Assembly: GCF_006345805.1 (NCBI RefSeq) | Contig: NW_021829908.1 | Location: 1-35,024, forward strand | Reading direction: 5' to 3' | Source of the DNA: Octopus sinensis | Taxonomy: Eukaryota | Length of the DNA: 35,024 bases | Part shown: piece after piece, positions 10,864 through 22,257 of the stretch | Position numbering within the stretch: position 1 is the stretch's first letter | Layout of the letters: each line of letters starts with the position of its first letter | Notes under the pieces: model-generated | The model's input: only the letters and a program-made list of their open reading frames with translations | Told to the model about the DNA's origin: nothing | The model's database searches: none | Translations under genes and position numbers: made by a program

Positions 10864-13770
10864 ATGCCTGATTATAGGTCCTACCTCCTCACTATCCATC
10901 ATCGTTTGAAGGATTACCTCCGCCCTCTCCTCTTAAACTGTGTTCAGCCGTCCATTAATCTCTCCCTACTTCTTTTTAAAAAAACCCGCTTCTCTAGCCA
11001 TGTCTCTTTCCTAAGTCGCTGCCTACATCACCGACTCATCCCTAAAGGTTTCCGCCTCCACTTCCACCCTGCTCTCCACTCGGATTCTTCCATCTTACCC
11101 ATACTCCGCACCACATCTTACCGCCTTATGCGGGCCACCATTCGCTCCAATCTCTCTAAAGTACATACCATCAACCGCCTTCTTCCTCCTGCTTTCCTCA
11201 TGTTTTTTCTCCTCTCGGCCGCCTTTCTATGCTCCAAACGCTACGCTTCATTATCCACTTGAACCCCTCATCCATCAATTTCTTTCCGATACCAAACTTC
11301 GTAAACTCCAATCACTTCCTCCATTCCCCACCCCGACGCCCCACCCCAACTCCTCCACTACCCTTCTCCCCTCCCGATAGGCTCCATCCACCCACACCTA
11401 ACCCCACTGTGCCTCCCAACAACCCCTTCTCTCCCCTCCTGATAGGCTCCATCCACCTACAGCTAACCCTACTGCCCCTCCCAACCACCCCACACACCTC
11501 CCCAATCCCCCCTCAGACCTCCACGAGCCCTACCATCCCTCCTACTTCTATTCCACCCACCCCTTCTCACCCTTCCGTCTGTTGTTACCATCTCCCACCC
11601 GATCTTCCCCTCTCTGCAGCGGAACGCTCCGTCCTTAGTAGGGGTCTGCGTTTCATCCCCCTCACTCCATCCTGTAAGGAATTCCAGACGCGAGTTTATG
11701 TCACAGCTTTGTGCGCCGCGTCCGGTTGGGTGCGCATTACTACCGCGACTCACCACCCACATCCAACGAAGAGGACGGCTTCACTGACCTGGGTCACCGA
11801 CCATCCCCGTGGACGCCTGCCCCCGGCCAGTTCCTAGCAGTGGATCTTTTCGCGGCGCTTGTCAGCGTGAATGGAGCGATTCAACTTCTCCAGGCGCCAC
11901 GCTCGTGCCTCAACATCTCCCCGGCTGAGCTCTCGGCTCTTCGTTCCCTCCAACGGCGCGCTGACATATCATCAAACCGGCTGACAGGGTGGAGCTGTAG
12001 TGGTGTGGCGCGCGGACCTCTACAGGCCGAGGCTTTCCGCCACTCAATGACACCTCCTTCTACTCCCCTCTGTCCTCTAACCCCACACGTAGCTACCAAC
12101 AGACGGTATCCTCTACTGTCCGCAACCTCATCTCGTCCTCCCTTCTCCCCCACACCCTCATCCAACCTAATTGTGCGAACCCCACGTACCCCCACCATTT
12201 ACTTCCTCCCCAAATCCACAAACCCAACAACCCTGGCCGCCCCATCGTCTCCGCCTGTAACTAACTGCCCACGGAGCTCATCTCTAAATACCTCGACCGT
12301 GTCCTTGCCCCCCTAGTGGCATCTCTTCCCTCCCCATCCACGATACCAACCATGCTCTCCGGCTTTTCAACTCTTTCTCCTTTCCTCCTCGGCTCCTCCA
12401 AATCCTTTTTACTATGGACATTCAGAGCCTCTATAACCGTTATCCCTCACCACGAAGGACTGCATGCACTTCAACACTTTTCTTGACCTCCGCTCCAACC
12501 CTGAACCTGACACCTCCACACTCATTCGTCTGGCGAACTTGTCCTTACTCTTAACTGCTTCTCGTTCACGGGCGAGTTCTACCATCAGTTCTCGGGAGTG
12601 GCCATGGAACGCGAATGGGCCCCAACTATGCGAACCTGTTCGTTGGCTATGTTGAGGCCCAAATATTCTCTAATTTCACTGTCCCACTCCTAAACTATAT
12701 GGTCGTTTACATTGACGACATTATCGGTGCCATCTCACTCTCCCGTGAACATCTAGATTCCTTCCTCTCTTTTGTTCCATCTTTCCATCCAGCCTCCACT
12801 TCACTTCCACTATCTCCTTCTCCTACACACTCCTCGTCTCTCCTCGACATTTCGGTTAGCATCTTCACTCCACTCTTACCACCTCCATTCACTACAAACA
12901 CATAGACTCACACTCTTACCTCAACTTCTCTTCCTCCCACCCAGAACACACCAAGCTTCCATCCCTATTCCCAATTCCTTCCGTCTACGTAGGCTCTGTA
13001 GTGACGACCATGACTATGAGACTCAGTCTCAACGTATGGCTCACCACTTCATCCTACGTGGATAGCCCTCACCACTATCCACACCGCCCTTGCCAGAGCA
13101 CGTTCCGTGGACCGTGTATCTGCTCTCTCTCCCCGAACCCGCCCTGTAGTCTCCCGCCACCCTTTTCCCCTCACTTACCACCCCACGACCCTACCCTCTC
13201 CAACGCACCATTCTTCGAGCTTTCCGTCATCTCCAGTCCGACCCGTCCACTTCACACCTCTTCCCTACCGACCCCCCCCTCCCCTCTTTCAAAACGAGCC
13301 CATAACCTTCGAGACCTTTTGGTCCATAGCTCCTTCCCTGACCCTACCTCCCAACCGGCTCGTTCCCCTGCTCCCGCCCACGTTGCCGCATTTGCCCGTA
13401 CCTCTCCAACACCACCCTCCTCACTGGCACCCATCATCGACCCTTTCGCATCATCAACTCCTTCACCTGCACCTCCAACAATATTATCTATTGCGTCTCT
13501 TGCTCTCTCTGCCATTCCCTGTACATCGACAAACGGGACGCCGCTTGGCTGACCGGTTCGCGGAACACCTTCGTGACATCCACCTTGCGAACGACACACA
13601 CCGGTCTCACGCCATTTCCGCTCCAACCGTCACTCCTTGCAACACCTGTCTGTGTTCGGTTTGTCCTTACACAGAGGCCATCCGGATTCCCGTTTGCGCC
13701 GTGAACAGGAATTAATCTTCTCTCTTCGCTCTTATATGCCATTTGGTCTCACTCTCCCCCCTCCTCATCT
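10864..13770 (+). pseudogene. PLE ORF (RT + GIY-YIG) broken by many 1-nt indels
   Basis: ATG 10864 (MPDYRSYLL...); conserved motifs move between frames; end position approximate. Confidence 0.8.
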
Positions 13771-14442
13771 AACCCCCTCTCCCCCTCCTCATCTAACCTA
13801 CCCCCGACCCCTACTTCTCTTCAGTCCTTCCTTTCATTCACCCCAACTCCTCTTCCCTTCTTCCCTCTTTCTCCCTCCCTCCTTCTTCCCTCTTCCCCTT
13901 CCCTCTGCTCCCTCACTCCCCTTCTCTCTCTCTCCCCCTCTCCCTCTATCCTCCCCTCCTCCCCCCCTCCTCTTCTCCTCTTCTCCTCTCCTTCTTCTCC
14001 CCACCCCTCCCCCTTCCCCCTCCTCTTCTCCCCTTTCCTTTTTCCCCTCTTCTCCCCCTTTCTTTCTCCCCCTCACCCCTGCCCTCACCTCTCCCCTCTC
14101 CCCTGCCCTGCCCTGCCCTGCCCTGCCCTCCCCCTCTTCTCCTCTCTCTACACTACACCATACGACTTTACACATCACATCATATATACATACACACGTC
14201 TAGACCTCTCATACGCACTAATACTCTCTCATACACACACACACACTCTTCTCATACACACACACACACACACTCTTATGTTTGAGCGGGGTCATTCAAC
14301 CCTATTATCTCCCCTAATTTCGCTCTTGCGTCTCATGTTTGATCTTTGACTTCTGGCCGAAATCAGATCGCCATGTTGATTCGCTAGCTTTTGCACGCAT
14401 ATTTTTTTCTCTCTCTTCTTTCTGTGTTTTTTTTCTCTGTGT

Positions 14443-14480
14443 TCTTCTGTTGAAGAGCGTAGGCTCGAAACGTTAAAGAC
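14443..14480 (+). ncRNA. Minimal PLE-type hammerhead-like motif, variant core CUGUUGA
   Basis: UCUU CUGUUGA A GAGC GUAG GCUC GAAAC GUU AAAGA; palindromic AACGUU stem III. Confidence 0.6.
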
Positions 14481-14820
14481 TTGTTTCATTTATATTTCCT
14501 GAGCGCCATACTAATACAATTGTTTGTTTGTATTCCACCTGCCTTCGTCTTTTGTTTATTTCCGTAAACCTGCCTTCGTCTTTTGTCTATTTTCATAAAG
14601 CTTCCCGTTATATATATATATATGTATATATAAATACATATATACATGCATATGAACACATATATTCATATATACACACACATATATCTTTTATCCTTTG
14701 TTTCAATCATTGAACTACAATCATGCTGGAACACTACCATGAAAGACCCTGAGATCAATACCGGTTCTGAAGCAGTAGTGACGAACAAACAATACAAACT
14801 TAATGATAGACACATAGACA

Positions 14821-14995
14821 CACGCGCGCGCACACACACATATACGACGGGCTTCTCTCAGCTTTCGAAGACCAGATCTACTCACAGGGCTTTGGTCGAA
14901 TCGGAGCTATCGTAGAAGACACTTGGCCAGTAGGACTGAAGTCGGAACTATGTGTAGAAAGCAAACTTCTTACCACACAGCCCAACGTCAGTGCC
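14821..14995 (-). mobile_element. tRNA-derived SINE (second octopus-like family) with (GT)/(GC) tail
   Basis: Minus strand: GGCTGTGTGGTAAGAAG head, GTTCCGACTTCAGTCC box-B-like, GCCAAGTGTCTTCTA, GAAGCCCGTCGTATATGTGTG 3' end. Family recognised from memory. Confidence 0.75.
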
Positions 14996-15098
14996 TATCA
15001 AAGAAACACAATTCCTGGCGGGATATATATTATATTATATATATAATATATATATATATAATATATATATATATATATAATATATATATATATATATA

Positions 15099-15392
15099 CT
15101 TTATTTAAAAGCAGCAGCGATATAACAAAAGCTGTTACTCAGAGTTTCACTTTGGCCGGACAGTTTTTGTTAAAATAGAACAGAAATAACGATATGAATA
15201 AAACTAGTTAAAGATACACCTTTAAAAATGGATTTGTTTCATTGGCCTTTCAAATAACGGTTTTAAGCATGCGATAAACAAAATAACACAATAATGAATT
15301 CAATATAAATTCATCCTATTATAAACATCAATGAAAAACCTTAAATCGAAGAGCGGATAACACCTTGTTTCACATTTATGTGCTTACTCCGG
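15099..15392 (-). mobile_element. (TA)n-flanked short repeat with a hammerhead remnant at 15132-15163
   Basis: Bounded by (TA)n on both sides. Minus strand CUGU ccggccaaagu GAAA CU CUG AG UA ACAG keeps stem I, GAAA, stem III and a GUA triplet but lacks CUGANGA and stem II. Confidence 0.45.
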
Positions 15393-15403
15393 TATATATA
15401 ATT

Positions 15404-15462
<59 letters not shown>

Positions 15463-15670
15463 AATATAAGTATATTGAGTAGTTGAATGAATTATCTTGT
15501 TATGGATTATTCGGTTAACCGATACCTGGGTACCAAATTCACATCAGAGAAGACACGGTTGAAGTTATGTGCTTTCGTGTGGAAATCTGTATGTTTAAAA
15601 AAAAAATTTTTTTTTAAATATAAATATATGAAAGAATGGAGTTGATCGACGAATTAACAAAATTCCTTTA

Positions 15671-15753
15671 TTTTCGAGATATGTTTCGAAGGCTGCATAT
15701 TCCTAATTGCGAAGGAATAAGGAGTATATTATGCCGCTTTCTCATCAGGAAAA
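15671..15753 (-). ncRNA. Type I hammerhead-like motif with canonical core and long stem II
   Basis: UUUUC CUGAUGA GAAAGCGGCAUA...UAUGCAGCCUUC GAAA CAUAU CUC GAAAA: 5-bp stem I; 10 of 12 bp in stem II starting G10.1-C11.1; stem III one substitution from palindromic ACAUAUGU with a GUC site. Confidence 0.65.
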
Positions 15754-16032
15754 GCAACGAACTTATGTCAACATCAAGATGCACAAAAAACTTTTAGATG
15801 ACTGCTCACACGGAGCCCATAGCTACTACTACTACTACGACTACTACTCTATTGAGCTGTGGGAATAATTGGTGGCCGATTAACAGTCAATAGAGCGGCC
15901 GAAAGGTTTACTTAACGGTGACCATTCTGGCTCTCTGTATTGTATCGTAAATGCAAATCCTGCCGGGTCCTTTCTTTCTTTCTTTCCTTCCTTTTGTTTG
16001 TTTCTGCTTGCCTGTCTGACTTTTTCTGGTAG

Positions 16033-16134
16033 ACATCCTTGAACAGAAACGAACTGCTCCAGGTCAAAACATATCCAGGATACACTACATGTTGCCTCTG
16101 TGACTCTATCAAGGAATTAAGGACTCAAAGAAAG
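16033..16134 (+). CDS. Candidate internal host exon (102 nt, phase 0-0): TSLNRNELLQVKTYPGYTTCCLCDSIKELRTQRK
   Basis: Long pyrimidine tract ending tggtag; AAG|gtaagg donor; only the phase-0 frame is open throughout. Confidence 0.45.
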
Positions 16135-16224
16135 GTAAGGCTATGGCAACGACGCAATAATCGCTTCAAATATAGACACAAGGTCACAATGTTTTTAATA
16201 GAATAAAGAACTCAACCTATTTGA

Positions 16225-16365
16225 ATGGTACTTTATTTTTACCGATTTCCAAAAGAATAAAAAATAAAGTCGACCTTGGTGGGATTTGAACTTATAGAGC
16301 AGAGATCCGGAACAAATATCGCAAGAAATTTTGTCCTACAATCTAACAATGTTGCCGATTGCCTT
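16225..16365 (-). mobile_element. Degraded SINE related to 9572-9774
   Basis: ggtactttatt..accga...aaagtcgacc..gg.gggatttgaact matches the central and box-B region. Confidence 0.5.
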
Positions 16366-17037
16366 TTCTGTTTGAGAAGACTGCCCCATGTATGGCCAAA
16401 CGCTGTAGAGGTAACAACTTTACAAATCGAAACCTACGTATAAACATTAAAAGCAAACATAAAAATAACGCAATACTGTGAGAATTTGAGCTTATCTGAT
16501 ATGGTAACACTGCTTCACCTCTGACCCCATTTACGAGATGGTAACGAGATAGTCAGAGTACTGAAAGGTGTGTAAATGGTTGGTGAGACACTTCACTTAG
16601 ATATAGCGGTAGCTATGGTAGTTAAATGAATTGGACGAGTGCAGCTGGTGCAATAGGCTCATTGTTCAGTAGAGGGCAAGAGGGGGATGTGATAACATAC
16701 ACGTAGTAATCTCCGGAGCTTAAAGTATATATTTTAGATGTGTATCTGTATTTCGTGTGTTAGGATCAAGGCATGCACACACAAACACATACATACACTA
16801 AACACACACACACAACATAGAGAGAAAGATAGGGGAGGGGAGAGAAAAGGAGAGAGTGTCGTTGCGTGAAAGCAAGGGTCGTAGAGTCAAAAATAGAAGG
16901 AGAAAGAAATAGAATCAATGAGAAAAAGAAATATAGAAAGATAGAGAAAACAACTGAAATTAGTTACATAAACTGGTAATATTAACTAATTGTGTAAAAA
17001 ATACCAAATTATTGATTTAAATGTCTTGGATTTCTAG

Positions 17038-17097
17038 GTCATTCGTGAATTATATTTTTCCCGTTCGAGATTTAAATCCAATAATTTAAAAAATCAG
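17038..17097 (+). CDS. Candidate internal host exon (60 nt, phase 0-0): VIRELYFSRSRFKSNNLKNQ
   Basis: tttctag acceptor, CAG|gtaagt donor, open and in phase with the 16033-16134 candidate. Confidence 0.45.
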
Positions 17098-17170
17098 GTA
17101 AGTTTTTCTCGATTGGTGTTAGCTAAACAACACTTAAAATATATCAATAATGATAATAACGGTTGCAAAT

Positions 17171-17223
17171 TTTGGCACAGGGCCAGCAGTTTTTGAGGGG
17201 AGAGAAAAAGTCGATTACATCGA
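17171..17223 (-). mobile_element. SINE 3' fragment related to 9572-9774, cut off by the TAA array
   Basis: ttggcacagggccagca..ggggag...gtcgattacatcga resembles 9588-9640. Confidence 0.45.
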
Positions 17224-17247
17224 TTACATAATAATGATAATAATAAT

Positions 17248-17714
17248 GCCAATACACACAGATAGAGAAATTAAGGCCAACAGGTCAGATATAGTTGTCA
17301 GAGATCATGAAGAAAAAAATGCTTTCTAACTGATGTATCAATACCAGCAGATGACAACGTTTCTCTAAAAGAAATGGAAAAACTTTCAAAATACAAAGAC
17401 CCGGAAATAGAGGTAACTCGAATGTGGAATCATAAAAACAGAAACAATTCCTATCATAGTAGGCACATTAGATATGATAAAAAAAAATTCAGACAAACAC
17501 ATAACAAATACACCAGGACTTACAAATATATATAACATACAAATATATATAACATACAGAAAATTGCACTACTGAGCACTGCACACATGCTACGCAAAAC
17601 ACTTTTAATACAGTAACCATAAGAGCATCACAACAAACCACAACACATACCCAAGGCACACGGAGCTGCACTCGGTAGTGAAGTGAAAGCACGTTATAAA
17701 AATAAAAGTACTGA
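17248..17714 (+). mobile_element. R4/Dong-type LINE family A, 3' fragment (RLE end + 3' UTR)
   Basis: Matches about 20372-20811; ends CGGTAGTGAAGTGAAAGCACG..CTGA then (TAA)n. Confidence 0.85.
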
Positions 17715-17741
17715 ATAATAATAATAATAACAACAACAATA

Positions 17742-17778
<37 letters not shown>

Positions 17779-17862
17779 CAACAACAATAACAATAATAAT
17801 AGCAACAACAACAACAACAACAATCATAATAATAATAATAACAACAACAAAAATAATAATAA

Positions 17863-18274
17863 GTCAAGACCTACCAAAAACTGAGCAAATATAAAGATCT
17901 TGAAATAGAAATCATCAAAAGGTGGAACCTGAAGACTAAAACAATACCTGTTATTATAGGTATCCTAGGAATGATAGCAAAAGGGGCCGATTGCTACCTA
18001 GCAGATACCAGTAAACCCCAAAATGGCAGAAATTCAAAAGATAGTGCTTATGGGAACTGCCCATATCCTACCTAAAGTACTGTCCATGTAATCTCAAATT
18101 TTAAAACAAACTCATAATTTTCATGTTTTCTTAAACATTCTCTAGAACAACAGTATGTACAAAACCAAATATATGACACCCGTGGCATAACACTAGTATG
18201 AACTTCTAACTTGTTGTCACTTGAGGTCTCTGGGTGAGACTTGGTGTCAACTTGTACAACTACAAAGCAAACAT
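17863..18274 (+). mobile_element. R4/Dong-type LINE family B, 3' fragment
   Basis: Matches 25131-25575 (KTYQKLSKYKDLEIEI...); TAA tracts on both sides. Confidence 0.85.
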
Positions 18275-18294
18275 ATAATAATAATAATAATAAC

Positions 18295-18344
<50 letters not shown>

Positions 18345-20811
18345 GAGAGAATATGGTCGGCGAACGAACAGCCAAAAAAAAAGGAGTATGAAAATAACAA
18401 ACTCGGCATCTGAACAACTTGGACCCCATAACAACTGAAGAGGTCCCCAGGCACTGCAAAAACTAAGCAACTGGAAGGCACCTGGGCATGACAAGATCCC
18501 CAACTTCTGGTTGAAATATCTAACAGGAATGCACAAAAGCTGGCTGAAAACTTTAACAGAATACTAGCAGAGCCAGAGACAATGTCTGAATGGCTCACGA
18601 AGGGGAAAACCATCTTAATTCCCAAATCAAATGAAACAACAAAACCAGAAAACTACAGACCAACAACCTGCCTCCCTACTATGTTCAAGGCATTTACTGC
18701 AGTGATATCGCAAAGGCTGAACAAGCACCTGGACGAAAACAAACTGTTCCCAGAAGAGCAGAAAGGATGCCGCAAAGGCTCATATGGCTGTAAAGATCAA
18801 CTAATGATTAATAAAGCCGTACTGAAGACAGCCACAGAAAGAAGAAAGGCCTCAGTATGGCCTGGATTGACTACAAAAAGGCGTTTGATAGCATCCCCCA
18901 CACATGGATCCTCGAAACACTAGCCATTAACAAAGTAGCACCAACAATCATAAAATTCATAGAGCACTCTATGAATAAATGGCAAACAGTCCTACACCTC
19001 CAAACAAAAGGGGACTCATGAAAACCAAAGACATCCCCATTAGAAGAGGAATATTCCAGGGAGACACGCTCTCTCCACTCCTTTTCTGCTTGGCACTGTC
19101 ACCTCTATCTGATATGCTAAATAGAACTGGATGCGGATATAAATGTAACGGCAAAACGATCATCCACCTTTTATATATGGATGACCTAAAACTATACGCT
19201 GCAAATGACAGCTGGAAACACTATTAAAGACAGTTCATGGATTTACCAAAGAAATATATATGAAATTTGGATTAGAAAAATGCGCCAAAGTAACCATGAA
19301 AAGAGGAAAACTAGTTAAGAGTAACAACATCACACTAGATAAAACCATGAAATAAAAGAATTAGACCAAAGCCAACTTACAAATACTTAGGAATCCATGA
19401 ACTAGATAAAGACACAACACACACAAATGAAAGAGAAAATAAAAAAAGAATATTATAGACGAGTTAGATCAATCTAAAAACAGAGCTCAATGCTAAAAAC
19501 AAGATAATAGGTATCAACACTTTAGCTGTCCCAGTTATAAGTTACAGCTACATATCCTTAACTGGACACGAAATGAACTGTCCAAAATAGATAGGAAAAC
19601 AAGAAAAATACTGACAGGATCTAGGATGCATCACCCAAAATCTGACATAGAAAGACTATATATACCACGTATAGAAGGTGGTAGAGGCCTTATACAGCTG
19701 GAAACTACTATAAAATAACCACCATAGGACTGCAAAAATACCTACTTCAGAAGGAAGGAAAACTGATCCAGATAGCAGCAAAACACGAGCAAAACAAAAA
19801 ACTGTTCTCAGTATTTAAGGAAGCTGACAAATACAAACAAGAAATCATACCACCTAAAAACACAAAGAAGAAGAAGAAGATGATGAAGAAACAACAAAAG
19901 CTATAAAACAAATGAAATCCAAACTAAAAATAGAACAGCAACGAGCCATGATAAAACGATGGCAAGAAAAGCCCCTTCATGGTAAATACTGCACTAAACT
20001 AAACGCAAAAGAAATAGACAAAGAAAAATCCCAGCAATGGTGAGAAGCTCAGGACTCAAAGCAGAAACAGAGGGATTTTTAATTGCAGCACAAGACCAAA
20101 GCCTCCCCACCAGAAATTATCAAAAACATGTAATGAAAAGAAATATTACAAGTAACTGCAGAATATGTGGAGATGGACAAGAACAATAATCATATTATCT
20201 CTAGCTGCCCAGTCCTGGGCTAAGAGGAATATATTCACAGACATGACAGAGTTGGAACCTACATACATTGGAAGCTATGCCAACATTATGGAATAACAAC
20301 AGAAAAAAGATGGTATAGGCACACACCAGAAAAGGTCACGAAAACGAGAAAGCAACCATACTCTGGATATGCCGATACACACAGATAGAGAAATTAAGGC
20401 CAACAGACCAGATATAGTTGTCAGAGATCATGAAGAAAAAAAATGCTTTTAATTGATGTATCAATACCGGCAGATGACAACGTGTCTCTAAAAGAAATGG
20501 AGAAACTCTCAAATCAAAGACCTGGAAATAGAGATAACTAGAATGTGGACCTGAAAACAGAAACAATTCCTATCATAGTAAGTGCATTAGGCATGATAAA
20601 AAAATATTCAGACAAATACATAACAAAAACACCAGACTTACAAACACATATAACATACAAAAATTGCACTACTAGGCACTGCAACACCTACGCAGAACAC
20701 TTTCCATACAATAACCATCAGAGCATCACAACAAATCACAGCACATACCCAAGGCACACAGAGCTGCGCTCGGTAGTGAAGTGAAGCACGCTATAAAAAA
20801 TAAACTACTGA
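18345..20811 (+). mobile_element. R4/Dong-type LINE family A, 5'-truncated, RT + CCHC + RLE, frameshifted
   Basis: WKAPGHDKIPNFW, NYRPTTCL, EQKGC..GSYGCKDQL, GIFQGDTLSPLLF, HLLYMDDLKLY, AAQDQ, CRIC, RHD, NRPDIVV..LIDVS motifs. Confidence 0.92.
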
Positions 20812-20817
20812 ATAATG

Positions 20818-20883
<66 letters not shown>

Positions 20884-20885
<2 letters not shown>

Positions 20886-21454
20886 GCCCTGATGCAGTAA
20901 TATGCCCTGATGCAGTACCAGGCAGTGGCTCTCATGGCTTCTGATCTTAACTGACTGGAAGTGTTATCATGTACATTGTTTTGTCTTGTATAAAAGATGG
21001 CTACAGCAAATATTCTGCTCAATACCACAGCTTTGCTTGTCAGTTGTTTTGACCTTAACCAGTTGAGCATGTCCCTTAGTGGCTGACGATATGTGCATCT
21101 CTGATCACGAGCAGAAGTAGTGGGGAGCATCATGGCCATGTGTTGAGAGGGATTCTTTGGAGTTTGAATGGTTCACCTCTGGAAACATAGGTGTTTCGTT
21201 CAACATCCTAAAGCAACCCTTATTCAGGGACCGTTTGAGCAGGATGGGCTACTCAACCTGAGAAAATTCTAACTGGGCCCCACCTGCAAGGTCATGTGTT
21301 GTTTATCTTGATATGAGATCACCATGTCGCGCACATATGGGTTTGATGCATGTGCCTGGTGTACCTTTATCAGACGGGTAGTCATGATGGGTATATTGGG
21401 CTTCGTATATTTTACCCCAGTGTCACTTTGATGGCATGAACTGCTCTCTCACTC
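20884..21454 (+). mobile_element. TAA-flanked non-coding repeat family C (class and true orientation unknown; possibly a LINE UTR)
   Basis: Second copy at about 22319-22629; both end CTCACTC before (AAT)n; 16-bp duplication at the left junction. Confidence 0.65.
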
Positions 21455-21497
<43 letters not shown>

Positions 21498-21501
21498 GTA
21501 A

Positions 21502-21865
21502 TAGTGTTAATTGAGAAAGAAAACAAACGATGCTGGATCATAGATACAGCATGCCTTGCGATAAGGAAGAAAGAAAAGTCGAGAGATATGATATGTTAGC
21601 TTGGGAGGTTAAGCAGTTGTAGTCGATGAAAAAGTTGGTTGTAGTACCAATAATTGTCAGAGCCTTGGCAATAGTGAGTAAAAATCTCGAGAAGTACATG
21701 GAACAATTAGAGACTGCAATAAGAGTGGAGCACTTGCAGAAAACAGCATTGGTTGCAATCGTTCGAATACTCCGGATGGTGCTCGAAAAATAAGGGGGGG
21801 TTTACCTTAGTACACTGCTAGTGAACAGCTGGCAGCAGTACATCTCCAACATTAGAAGCAAAGAC
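21502..21865 (+). mobile_element. RLE C-terminal fragment of a third RLE-LINE family (D)
   Basis: IVLIEKENKRCWIIDTAC...VERYDMLAWEVKQL..VVPIIVRAL...LQKTAL..RILRMVLEK*; TAA on both sides. Confidence 0.75.
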
Positions 21866-21897
21866 AATAAATAATAATAGTAATAATAATAATGATG

Positions 21898-21936
<39 letters not shown>

Positions 21937-21957
21937 TAATAATAATAATAATAATAA

Positions 21958-21980
21958 TTATTATATTATTATTATTATTA

Positions 21981-22032
<52 letters not shown>

Positions 22033-22240
22033 GTGTTGTTGGGACCACCTCCGGTCATGAATGACCATGGGATTGCACCTAGAAAGTTACCCTCCGAGGC
22101 ACAAGTCTGAGCAAGGTTGCTTATGGAAGACCAGCAGTCACCCGTGCATACCAGCCTACGCTCTCTACGACACTGATATTATCCAAGGGAAAGGCAAAGG
22201 CCGATACAGCTCGGCACCAGTGACGTCGCAGCTCATTTAT
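21958..22240 (-). mobile_element. SINE-like 3' portion with (AAT)n tail in opposite orientation
   Basis: GC-richer 200-bp block recalled as an octopus SINE body; the (TTA)n at 21958-22032 reads as its tail and explains the TAA-to-TTA switch. Confidence 0.5.
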
Positions 22241-22257
22241 TAGCGTGTAGGTGGTTG

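Larger units (their letters stand above)
10590..14608 (+). mobile_element. Penelope-like element (EN+, C-terminal GIY-YIG; Neptune-like Cys linker), near full length, with 3' hammerhead-bearing terminal region
   Basis: N-terminal IPKGFRL; LSRGLRFIP; LPKIHKPNNPGRPIVS; MDIQSLY; GVAMG..MGPNYANLF; YIDD; linker CSRPRCRICP from 13369; NIIYCVSCSLC..LYID..TGRRLADRFAEH. (TA)n lies beyond both ends of the composite. Assignment of 14290-14608 to this element is inferred from adjacency. Confidence 0.88.

Noticed and set aside
10267-11262. 331-aa ORF as a single gene
   Set aside because: Runs through (TA)n, the antisense RT fragment and a pyrimidine-rich UTR; only the part from ATG 10864 is PLE coding.
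13637-14203. Pro/Ser-rich ORF and its Gly/Arg/Glu-rich antisense ORF
   Set aside because: Beyond about 13770 this is the C/T-rich low-complexity 3' region of the PLE.
15848-15915. GGCCG...CGGCC-GAAAG and CTCTATTGA/TCAATAGAG hairpins as a ribozyme
   Set aside because: No CUGANGA-like strand in a usable position; kept only as a generic hairpin.
16033-16104. Alternative exon frame (D)ILEQKRTAPGQNISRIHYMLPL*
   Set aside because: Stops before a strong donor and is not phase-compatible with the next candidate exon; not excluded without RNA data.
21866-22032. (AAT)n/(ATT)n inversion as a rearrangement breakpoint
   Set aside because: More simply explained as the tail of an oppositely oriented SINE-like insertion.
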